Virus record (IMG/VR): IMGVR_UViG_3300006033_000029
Coordinates: 1 to 61,769 of that record
Origin: a virus
Lineage: Duplodnaviria > Caudoviricetes
Direction: 5' to 3' (one strand)
Length of the DNA stretch: 61,769 bases
Shown here: positions 54,544 to 61,769 of the stretch, one piece after another
How positions within the stretch are numbered: the first letter of the stretch is position 1
Layout: every line of letters starts with the position of its first letter
Notes under the pieces: model-generated
What the model was told of the DNA's origin: nothing
What the model saw: only the letters and a program-made list of their open reading frames with translations
Databases searched by the model: none
Translations under genes and position numbers: made by a program

Positions 54544-55733
54544 TCCTCTTCGTTGAACTCATCTGCGATGTTGCGTAGCGCCGGTCTCGCGTCCTCCACC
54601 GGCACAAGGACGGGCTTCCGCTCGCCATTGTCGATCAGATCGGCTAATTCCTCGAACTCCTTGTCGCTGAGAACCTCGCTAGCCTTCTTGGGAGTAATCA
54701 CCTTTTTGGTGTAAACTCTCTCAAGAGGTAAGTACTCACGCAAAGCTTTTTCGGCTGCGTCATTGTCGAGCCACTTTCGAGGTGGCGAACGCCCCTCCAC
54801 GACCTTCAGACCAGGTGTCGGACGCCCCTTGATGGCATCGTCGATGATCTCGGCCTTGATGCGCTCAAGGTATTTCATGATCATGCTGCTGTGCTTGTAA
54901 AGGAACGAGCGACGCTCTGGAGTGAGCAGCCCGATCGGCGTCATGCGGAGCGGCAGATCGTGCTCCATGTGATCGTCGAGTTCATCGAAGTCGCGGACAA
55001 TCATGTCGAGATTGAACTTGTCATACTCGGGGCACTGACGGTCCTTGGCGCCCGGGCAGTAGGCATCGTCGCACCACGCACCGGCAATACGCGGAGCGTC
55101 GTCCCGTGCAACTTCCTTCGCCAGACGCTTCAGCCTCTTGCCGAATTCCAGCAGCGTGTCGAGATCGGTGTCCCATTCGCCACCGCCGCCGCGCACCCGG
55201 GGCTGGTGGATGATCAGGCGGAACTCCTCAACGTCGCTCTGCCCACGGACAAAGGTGTCCCAGAGCCCAAGGGCATAGGCCATGATCTGCGGATTCCTGA
55301 CCGGGCTGATCGGTTTGAAGCCGAACTTCCAGTCGAATACCGTGATGCGCTTCTTGCCCACAATGCCGACGTCGCATGTGCCAAACTGCTCGGGCATCCA
55401 GCGGCCGAGGTCGACGCGCTTCTCCACCAGCAGTTTGCCAGGGATGTCGTCGATGATGTCAAGGCCATCTCGAATGCCCTCTGCGTCCTCTTCGGTGAGT
55501 TCGTACTTGTAGCCGTTGTAGGTGCGCACTTCGCCCACCATGTCGAAGGGATCAAGGTTCCTGTTCAGACAGTCCTCAGCGAACGAGTGCAGGATCGTGC
55601 CTTCGTCTGCCATCGGGCCGGCGCCGTCCTCGTCATCAAGGCTGTCGATGAAGTTCACGGAACCCGGACAACTGAGCGCCCGTGCGAGAGTTGAGGGGCC
55701 GATCCGGGCATGAGCACGTTCGCGTGGTGCCAC
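54540..55733 (-). CDS. DUF2800 Cas4-like (PD-(D/E)XK) exonuclease
   Basis: HARIGPS..CPGS, ADEGTILH, FGTCD, FDWKFG, NPQIMAYALG, GLKVVEGR. Confidence 0.9.
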   Translation of the reverse strand: MAPRERAHARIGPSTLARALSCPGSVNFIDSLDDEDGAGPMADEGTILHSFAEDCLNRNLDPFDMVGEVRTYNGYKYELTEEDAEGIRDGLDIIDDIPGKLLVEKRVDLGRWMPEQFGTCDVGIVGKKRITVFDWKFGFKPISPVRNPQIMAYALGLWDTFVRGQSDVEEFRLIIHQPRVRGGGGEWDTDLDTLLEFGKRLKRLAKEVARDDAPRIAGAWCDDAYCPGAKDRQCPEYDKFNLDMIVRDFDELDDHMEHDLPLRMTPIGLLTPERRSFLYKHSSMIMKYLERIKAEIIDDAIKGRPTPGLKVVEGRSPPRKWLDNDAAEKALREYLPLERVYTKKVITPKKASEVLSDKEFEELADLIDNGERKPVLVPVEDARPALRNIADEFNEED

Positions 55734-55734
55734 T

Positions 55735-56286
55735 TCAGTTCTTCTCCCAAGGGAAAACGAAGCCGTTCAGCCGTTCGCCGTGATAGCCGCGACCCCAGGT
55801 CGTGTGAACAACAGCGTCCCAGCCCTTTTCCTTCATCTTCTTCCGAATCTTGCAGATCATGACGTCGATGATTTTCGGGTTGATCAGTTCCCCGGAAGAG
55901 CGGCTTCCGTAGATGGCGTCGTAGATCACCTCTTTCGGCATGAAGCGGTCATCGAAGACCATCAGAAGAATTTGCGCCTCAGTGGCGGTGAAGCCTTGAC
56001 GACAAACCTTCATGACTCGGTCTTCTTCCAGTGCAGGAACAAGTTGCCGCACCAATTCCAGAAGGAATTCGACCGCATCGCGAGCGCCCATATCGGCGAC
56101 AGCCCTCTCGATCGAAGCGATCTTGGGAATACGCGAGCCGTGAACCTCGATGCCGAGTGCTTTGGCCCTACGCATGATCGTATTGCGACCGTAACCGAGT
56201 TCGCGGCCGATAGCGGTGGCAGAGAGGCCGTCTGCGACGCGCTGGCGCAGTTCAGCGGGGTCCATCCGAGCCGGTTGTTGTGTCAT
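55735..56286 (-). CDS. Transcription regulator: N-terminal HTH (GcrA-like) fused to a CtrA-like OmpR-type winged helix, no receiver domain
   Basis: ADGLSATAIGRELGYGRNTIMRRAKALG; KEVIYDAIYG...KIIDVMICKIRKKM...HTTWGRGY. Confidence 0.82.
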   Translation of the reverse strand: MTQQPARMDPAELRQRVADGLSATAIGRELGYGRNTIMRRAKALGIEVHGSRIPKIASIERAVADMGARDAVEFLLELVRQLVPALEEDRVMKVCRQGFTATEAQILLMVFDDRFMPKEVIYDAIYGSRSSGELINPKIIDVMICKIRKKMKEKGWDAVVHTTWGRGYHGERLNGFVFPWEKN

Positions 56287-56287
56287 C

Positions 56288-56689
56288 TCAATACTTCTTG
56301 CCCCCTGCTGCACGGGTTTCCAGCTTGTGATCGGCGCGCTGCCGGTTGTAGCGGTTCTTCTCGATGATCGCGCCGGCCACGTCCAAACCCAGCGCAGCCG
56401 CCGTGTCGAAGATGCGGAGGATGCAGTCAGCGAACTCGACCTCGCGGCCGTCGCGGTGAGGCAGTTTGTCGTCCATCAACCCATTGCGATCAGCTTCCAG
56501 CGCCTCGGAGAGTTCCGAGTGCATCAGCGCCACTACTTCACCGAAGTTGCGCTTGATCGGCAGCAGCGTCGTCGGATCGGTGTACCAGCCAGCCTCGGTG
56601 GCGGTGCGGTGCGCGAGATCCTGAGCCTTCGCCAGACCGATGTAGGCGTCGGCCTCTTCGCGACTCATGTCGTCGATCGTAAGACGCAT
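56288..56689 (-). CDS. MazG-like NTP pyrophosphohydrolase
   Basis: ALMHSELSEALEADR...EVEFADCILRIFD...EKNRYN. Confidence 0.88.
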   Translation of the reverse strand: MRLTIDDMSREEADAYIGLAKAQDLAHRTATEAGWYTDPTTLLPIKRNFGEVVALMHSELSEALEADRNGLMDDKLPHRDGREVEFADCILRIFDTAAALGLDVAGAIIEKNRYNRQRADHKLETRAAGGKKY

Positions 56690-56919
56690 CAGCCGACCCT
56701 CCGAAGGCCGACAGTGGGGAAACCGTTGGCCTGGTGCCACATGAACTGGCTCAGAGCCACCGGCATCTTCTTCGCCCGGCGCTGCTGGTGGCGAACGACC
56801 TGGCGAGAGAGACCGAGGTCTTCGGGGGCGTTCTTCAGCCGCTTCGCCGTGGCCTTGCGGTGTACATCGAGACGCTTCGCAGCGCGCTCAGCACCGGTCG
56901 TCACTTTCTTCTTCGTCAT
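56689..56919 (-). CDS. Hypothetical basic protein
   Basis: SD GGAG; TGATG-coupled. Confidence 0.6.
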   Translation of the reverse strand: MTKKKVTTGAERAAKRLDVHRKATAKRLKNAPEDLGLSRQVVRHQQRRAKKMPVALSQFMWHQANGFPTVGLRRVG

Positions 56920-57003
56920 CTCGGTTCTCCATTCGAGGTCCTCGGAGGAGACGCGCTGACGCGCCTCGCCGGAAGACCCCGCCGTGAAGCGGGGTCGCCG
57001 AGG

Positions 57004-57186
57004 TCAGATGACGGATTCCAGCGCGTCAACATCCCACCACGCCTCGACGGCGCGACCGTCACCGGCCATGTAGCGGACAAGCGCCTGGTCCGCGTGGTTC
57101 TTGTACTGAGCGTAGCCGACGACAATACCCTTCTCGCCAGAACAGACGATTTTCACCCGCTCGTCGAGACCGAATACCGGGTTCAC
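57004..57186 (-). CDS. Small SH3-like hypothetical protein
   Basis: SGEKGIVVGYAQY...VRYMAGDGRAVEAWW. Confidence 0.7.
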   Translation of the reverse strand: MNPVFGLDERVKIVCSGEKGIVVGYAQYKNHADQALVRYMAGDGRAVEAWWDVDALESVI

Positions 57187-57620
57187 GCCAGCGACTCCTC
57201 TTCGTAGCCGGTTTCATCACCGGCCTTGTATGCGGTCAGCGCGTCAAGTGCCTTCTGCCGTTCGGCCTCGGGGATCTCCGACATCTTCTTCACGCCGTGA
57301 CTGGCGATGATGCGCTTGACCAGCGCGCGGCGGGCGTCGTGTTCGTCATCGTCGTCGACTTCCAGGAACTCGACAGTCGCGTCGGCCATTTCCTTTTCGG
57401 TCGGAGCCCTCTTCGCCTTCGGTTTCTCGGCAGCAGCCTCCTTCGGCGGGCGCCCGCGACCACGCGGAGCATCTTCGACTTCGACGTCCTTCGGCTTCTC
57501 GGCCGGCGCCGAGGTCTTCGCGGCAGCGCCAGCAGCAGCCTTGGCCGTGAGCCCTTCCAGAAGATCGCTGTTGCGGTTAAGTGCCGCCGTGAGAGCCTTG
57601 ATTTCGTCTTCAAGTGCCAT
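57183..57620 (-). CDS. Hypothetical protein with an AT-hook-like RGRGRPPK, ending EEESLA
   Basis: SD GGAG; first gene of the replication operon. Confidence 0.75.
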   Translation of the reverse strand: MALEDEIKALTAALNRNSDLLEGLTAKAAAGAAAKTSAPAEKPKDVEVEDAPRGRGRPPKEAAAEKPKAKRAPTEKEMADATVEFLEVDDDDEHDARRALVKRIIASHGVKKMSEIPEAERQKALDALTAYKAGDETGYEEESLA

Positions 57621-57681
57621 GAGTCTTGTTCTCCATCAGGGTTGGTTCAGTGATGTCGATTGAAAACACCTTCCAAGCACG

Positions 57682-57713
57682 TTGTCAAACGCTAAAATCA
57701 CCCATATGGTGAT
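57682..57713 (+). promoter_or_regulatory. Sigma70-type promoter overlapped by an operator
   Basis: TTGTCA-N17-TATGGT, with ATCAC-CCATATG-GTGAT at 57697-57713. Confidence 0.78.
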
Positions 57714-57740
57714 GACGAAGAACGACATCTGGGAATCAAC

Positions 57741-58043
57741 ATGACCGACCTTCCTTCCCCGATCCCTCGCGGCAGCAGCGCGGGAGAAGAGCGCACCGAC
57801 CTCTATGTGCTCTGCTACAGGAGTCTACCCCTCCATCGAAAGGTGATCAAAAACCGGAAAGGCGAGGAGTGGCGCGGGCTCGACATCGAGCGAATCTCCA
57901 AGGAAATCGGTGTTTCCAAGCAGAAAATCAGCATGTGGATGAAGCAGAACAGCCTGCCGGGTCAGCGCGTGAAAGCCTTGATCGGACTTGAAGGCAGCAC
58001 GCTCACCTTCGAGACGCTCGGGCCGTTCATCAACGCCCGCTGA
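57741..58043 (+). CDS. Cro/XRE-like HTH regulator
   Basis: IERISKEIGVSKQKISMWMKQNSLP; divergent from the replication operon. Confidence 0.75.
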   Translation: MTDLPSPIPRGSSAGEERTDLYVLCYRSLPLHRKVIKNRKGEEWRGLDIERISKEIGVSKQKISMWMKQNSLPGQRVKALIGLEGSTLTFETLGPFINAR

Positions 58044-58164
58044 CCACCCTCCTGATCACCAATTACCGGCAAGAATCAGGGGACGATCTTATGAATTTGG
58101 ACTTCGAGACAGTCCCGAACGCGAAAAAGCAGCACGCGACCTCTTCGGCGAAGGGGAACGACCG

Positions 58165-60450
58165 TTGTTGAACGACGCGATCTCCCTGCGAAATGCCGGT
58201 TTTTCAGTGATTTGGCTGAAAAAGAGGTCGAAACGGCCTGTCGACGAGAAGTGGACCGACAAAGAGACTCTGAGCGTTGAGAGGCTGAAATCCTCCTACG
58301 TCCAAGGCTACAACTGCGGCGTCAGACTCGGAAAACCCTCCGTCGTCGGTGGTCTTTACCTCCATGTGCTCGATGTCGACATCCGGAAGGCCGAATTGGC
58401 GTCGCAGGCGAGAAAAACGGTCGAATCGCTGCTGAAAACGCGATTTTCTGACTTCCAAGCGGTCATTTCAGGCTCTGGCGGGGCGTCGAGGCACCTTTAC
58501 TTCGGCACGGACAAACCGTTTCGGTCCAAGAAACTATGGCACTCTGACGACAAGTTCCTCGGCGACGACGGCTCGGAGCATTGGGGCGCCGAGATCGAGT
58601 TGATCGGAACAGGCAAGCAGGTCGTGCTACCGCCGTCGATTCACCCGGATACCGGCAAGCCTTATGTCTGGGAAGAGGGCGAATTCTACGTCGAAGACCT
58701 GATCGAGATCGATTCGGACCTTCTGGAAGACCTGATCGGCGTCAAGGAACGCCATATCGTCGATGATAAAGGGCCGCTCGGGCTCTCGGAAGACGAGATT
58801 GAGGGCTATCTGGCCGATCTGGACCTGGCGACGTACTGTGAGGACCGCGAGGGCTGGATCAAGGTCGGCATGGCCCTGCATCATGAGTTCGACGGTGCCG
58901 ACATCGGCCTGAAGATCTGGAATAAGTTCTCAAAGCAGTCGAAGAAGTTCGATGCTCGCATCTCAAGGCAGCAATGGCACAGTTTCAGGGGATCGGAGCA
59001 GCCGATTACGTTCGCCAGCATCATCCAGGCAGCGAATGAGCACCGCCACCAGATCGAATGGGAGTCCCTGCCCGACGAATTCAATGACGACGAAGATGAT
59101 CCCGATGAAGACGTGCCGCCGCTGCGCAAGGAGCGACGCGAAGAGCCTCGACGCCATGTCGAGGAACAGGAAGAGGGCATACCGCCACACATCCTGACCA
59201 TCCCAGGCGTCCTCGGGCTGGCGGTCGAGCACTACAACGCAACCTCGACGCAGAAGCAGCCGCAGTTCGCCGTGCAGACAGCTTTGGCGCTCGGCTCAGT
59301 TGTCCTCGGCCGCTACTGGATGACCGAGCACGACAACTTTTCGTCGCTCTACCTGGTCAATCTGGGTGTCACGGGATCCGGCAAGGAATTCTCCCGCAAG
59401 TTCATCTCCCGTGCGCTGGAAGAAGCTGGCCTCGGAGAGATCGTGGGGCCGTCCATGTACGCATCATCGGCCGGGATCATGTCGGAACTCGCATGGAAGC
59501 CGCGCCACATTACGGTCTACGACGAGTTCGGGATGCTGCTCGCCAGCACCGGCAACAAGTCCAACACCAACCTGCGCGACGCCCAGCGCCTTCTGATGAG
59601 CCTATTCGGTCAACTCGGCGACGTGGCCCGTCCGGTGGCCTATTCGACCAACGGCAAGACGGCACAGCAGATCGAGGGCATGAGGCAGCAGAAGGTCGTC
59701 AGACCGGCCATCACGCTGCTCGGTCTATCGACTCCCGAGACCTTCTTCGACGCGCTGTCGCAGGACGACGTGGCAAACGGCTTCCTGAACCGCCTACTGG
59801 TCGTGAACAGCCGCAGAGACCCCCAGGTCGAAGATCCTCGGGCGTGGAAGAAGATCCCGGCTGAACTGCGCGCGTGGATCAAGGAATTCGGCAAGAGCGA
59901 CTCAGAGGACTTCCTCGAAAGCGAGATCTCCACCGAGGCGGAAGACCCAGAGGTGGTCGAGTTCACCAGCGGCGCCAAGGCGCGTCTGCGCGAGATTGCC
60001 CATGAGGTCATCGACCTGCAGGCGAAGTACCGACCCTACCGTCTGGACGGGATGCTGTCGCGCTCGCGGGAAATCGCCATGCGGATCGCACTGATCGTGG
60101 CGCTGAGCCGCAACAAGAAGCGCATCGACGAGGAGTCGGTCAACTGGTCCTGGGACTACGTTCGCTTCTACACGATGGAGACGATCGCCAACACGCGCCG
60201 CATGATGGGCTCGACGCCGATCGCGCGCATCGCCGATCACCTGGCAGACGTCATCGCCGAGGCCGGTCGGAAGGGCCTCAGCCAGCGCGACATGGGCCGC
60301 AAGTCCTACGAGTTCGCCAAGCTGGATAGCCGCGCACAAGGCGAGGTCATCTACGCGCTGACGACGCACATGGGCATCGTGAAAGTCAGCATCAAAGGCG
60401 AAAGTCGCGGTCGTCCGACCATCAGATACGTCCACGAAGACTACACCTGA
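58165..60450 (+). CDS. Primase-polymerase (Prim-Pol + PriCT-2) fused to a DUF3987-like helicase; TTG start approximate
   Basis: NCGVRLG, VLDVD, GASRHLYF, GKQVVLPPSIHP, REGWIKVGMALH, GVTGSGKE, YDEFG, NGFLNR. Confidence 0.9.
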   Translation: MLNDAISLRNAGFSVIWLKKRSKRPVDEKWTDKETLSVERLKSSYVQGYNCGVRLGKPSVVGGLYLHVLDVDIRKAELASQARKTVESLLKTRFSDFQAVISGSGGASRHLYFGTDKPFRSKKLWHSDDKFLGDDGSEHWGAEIELIGTGKQVVLPPSIHPDTGKPYVWEEGEFYVEDLIEIDSDLLEDLIGVKERHIVDDKGPLGLSEDEIEGYLADLDLATYCEDREGWIKVGMALHHEFDGADIGLKIWNKFSKQSKKFDARISRQQWHSFRGSEQPITFASIIQAANEHRHQIEWESLPDEFNDDEDDPDEDVPPLRKERREEPRRHVEEQEEGIPPHILTIPGVLGLAVEHYNATSTQKQPQFAVQTALALGSVVLGRYWMTEHDNFSSLYLVNLGVTGSGKEFSRKFISRALEEAGLGEIVGPSMYASSAGIMSELAWKPRHITVYDEFGMLLASTGNKSNTNLRDAQRLLMSLFGQLGDVARPVAYSTNGKTAQQIEGMRQQKVVRPAITLLGLSTPETFFDALSQDDVANGFLNRLLVVNSRRDPQVEDPRAWKKIPAELRAWIKEFGKSDSEDFLESEISTEAEDPEVVEFTSGAKARLREIAHEVIDLQAKYRPYRLDGMLSRSREIAMRIALIVALSRNKKRIDEESVNWSWDYVRFYTMETIANTRRMMGSTPIARIADHLADVIAEAGRKGLSQRDMGRKSYEFAKLDSRAQGEVIYALTTHMGIVKVSIKGESRGRPTIRYVHEDYT

Positions 60451-60457
60451 TTAGTCG

Positions 60458-60487
60458 TTGACTTAATCACCTTTAGAGTGATACTTC
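60458..60487 (+). promoter_or_regulatory. Promoter with operator ATCAC-CTTTAGA-GTGAT (60466-60482)
   Basis: TTGACT -35-like hexamer immediately upstream of a perfect palindrome. Confidence 0.75.
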
Positions 60488-60519
60488 TGAGGCACGGATG
60501 TATGCCACAGGAGAGAAAC

Positions 60520-61002
60520 ATGCTTGACGCCAAACCGACGATCGAAATTGAGGTGCCTTCCGGGCCGCAGAAGCAGCAGTTCAGCGCCATCTTCAAGCGT
60601 CCGAATTGGCCTCCCGACCTGGCGCCGATGCCATTCGGCATCATGTTGCATGAGAGCCTGTTACCCGAGGTGCTGATGGACAAAGTCGCTCTCCACGCGA
60701 AGAACCTCACCATCTGGGGTGGCGAGAAGGGCCGCTGGTTCCACTGCAAGAGCCGCCATGTGCAGCCGAGGGTGTCCATCCGGGATGCCAACGGCGAGTT
60801 GATGAGCGTCTACCAGACCGCAAGGCTCCTCTCGGACCTGACGACTGGCTTCGAGCTCATCGGCCTCGGGCTCGATCAGTTCACGCGCTACGTTCCCAAG
60901 CGGCTGATCTGCGCCTACAAGGACGACGTGCCGACGCTGATCGGGGTACAGTTCCGCTGGACGGACCTGATCGCGGCTTCTCTCGAACCGTGGGGCGCGT
61001 GA
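60520..61002 (+). CDS. Hypothetical protein
   Basis: SD AGGAG before ATG 60520. Confidence 0.7.
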   Translation: MLDAKPTIEIEVPSGPQKQQFSAIFKRPNWPPDLAPMPFGIMLHESLLPEVLMDKVALHAKNLTIWGGEKGRWFHCKSRHVQPRVSIRDANGELMSVYQTARLLSDLTTGFELIGLGLDQFTRYVPKRLICAYKDDVPTLIGVQFRWTDLIAASLEPWGA

Positions 61003-61136
61003 TGTCTAAGCACTACTGCTCGGTCTGCATGGCGCGGCACAGCAACGGCAGTGTCGGCCTATACGATGTTCACCTCGATCAGAGGGAGGCGAAACGCGCC
61101 AGGGTCGGCAACAGCGATCAGCCGTTTCATCGGTGA
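61002..61136 (+). CDS. Hypothetical 44-aa protein (CSVC)
   Basis: TGATG and GTGA overlaps with its neighbours. Confidence 0.5.
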   Translation: MSKHYCSVCMARHSNGSVGLYDVHLDQREAKRARVGNSDQPFHR

Positions 61137-61333
61137 ATATCGTGATGGAGAGTGAGGTCTGGTCCGAGGCGAAGAAACGGTGGCCGAAGCGCGACTACGA
61201 AAACTTCCGCGAGTGGCGCCATCGCGTGCTGACGAACCTTCTCCAAGAGCGCGTGAACGCGATAGAAGACCCCGCCGCGAAGGACGCTTTCGTCATTCTG
61301 GCGCGATTACTCGACCTCAGCAGCACCGACTGA
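61133..61333 (+). CDS. Hypothetical protein
   Basis: Coupled ORF followed by a terminator. Confidence 0.6.
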   Translation: MNIVMESEVWSEAKKRWPKRDYENFREWRHRVLTNLLQERVNAIEDPAAKDAFVILARLLDLSSTD

Positions 61334-61335
61334 TC

Positions 61336-61358
61336 AGGCCCGCTTCGGCGGGCTTTTT
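61336..61358 (+). terminator. Rho-independent terminator
   Basis: GCCCGC-TTCG-GCGGGC followed by TTTTT. Confidence 0.9.
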
Positions 61359-61366
61359 CACACCTG

Positions 61367-61610
61367 AATTTCGTCGAAAAAGTCCTGACGAAAATCGCTC
61401 GAAGGGTATTTTCGTCATTTTCGTCAATACCTGTCAGGGCGGCCCCCTGAGCGTTCGAGGTGTGAATCGGCCAAAAGGGGTGCACCCCCTCATTCTCATG
61501 ACGAAAATACCCCCCTCTATATGTAAATATATGTTTTTGCTAAGGTTTTGAGCGGTTGAATTTCGTCAAAAAACTATCGACGAAATTCGACGTTATTGAC
61601 GAAAATACCC
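61367..61610. repeat. Eight GACGAAA(A/T)T repeats in both orientations around an AT-rich tract; probable origin or packaging region
   Basis: Forward copies at 61386, 61499, 61579 and 61597; reverse copies at 61367, 61408, 61417 and 61559. Confidence 0.8.
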
Positions 61611-61769
61611 AACCTGTCGTGGGGTATCAGAACACCTCATTTTACCCGGATCAGTCCCTTTTGAGCCTGAAACAGTGTGAAACTGGATGCGATCTGCTGC
61701 TCATCAGCGATACGCTGTGAAACCTTGTGAAACGAGTCCGGCAAATGTTGCGTTTTTTGCAAAAAATCC

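Larger units (their letters stand above)
1..61769. mobile_element. Near-complete genome of a lambda/Chi-like siphovirus, probably infecting an alphaproteobacterium
   Basis: Full set of terS/terL(GpA)/gpW/portal/S49 protease/decoration/gpE capsid/tail/TMP genes. Chi-like order primase-Cas4-like exonuclease-SSB-polymerase-VRR-NUC-helicase-terminase. No flanking host genes. Confidence 0.93.

Noticed and set aside
53627-54714. Poly-Ser and poly-Ala/hydrophobic repeat ORFs on the plus strand
   Set aside because: They are reverse-complement readings of the SSB R/D/E repeat tail.
61440-61769. Exact cos site
   Set aside because: A GpA-type terminase implies cohesive ends, but no cos sequence could be identified with confidence; GGGGTGCACCCC near 61477 is only a palindrome.

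Overview
The window looks like an essentially complete ~61.8-kb genome of a lambda/Chi-like long-tailed dsDNA phage. The host is probably an alphaproteobacterium (Rhodobacteraceae-like), judged from a GapR/DUF2312 homologue, a CtrA-like DNA-binding domain, an Omp25/RopB-like outer-membrane protein and DUF2163/DUF2793-type tail genes. Layout: left-end repeats, a frameshifted HNH gene and membrane/nucleotide genes (1-3950, +); class II ribonucleotide reductase with a LAGLIDADG intein plus small accessory genes (3970-11360, -); a nucleotide-metabolism/methylation operon (11490-18150, +); one long minus-strand block of lysis, tail, head, packaging and replication genes (18190-57620); an HTH regulator, primase and a repeat-rich probable origin (57740-61769, +). 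No integrase, tRNA or CRISPR array was recognised. Main observations: (1) a helicase intein whose HNH homing endonuclease is encoded in the +1 frame inside the intein, with both frames open; (2) a C5 DNA methyltransferase split over two overlapping frames, with four tandem TRD-like modules and motif IX in the +1 frame; (3) a LAGLIDADG domain inserted in frame into a second methyltransferase with no intein motifs; (4) a shared C-terminal peptide, basic cluster-D-x-[ED]-[DE]-L-A-stop, on up to eight unrelated proteins including the SSB; (5) a receiver-less CtrA-like effector domain fused to a GcrA-like HTH; (6) a genome-wide 17-bp palindromic operator, ATCAC-N7-GTGAT, overlapping promoters. All family assignments come from motif recognition by eye, not database searches.
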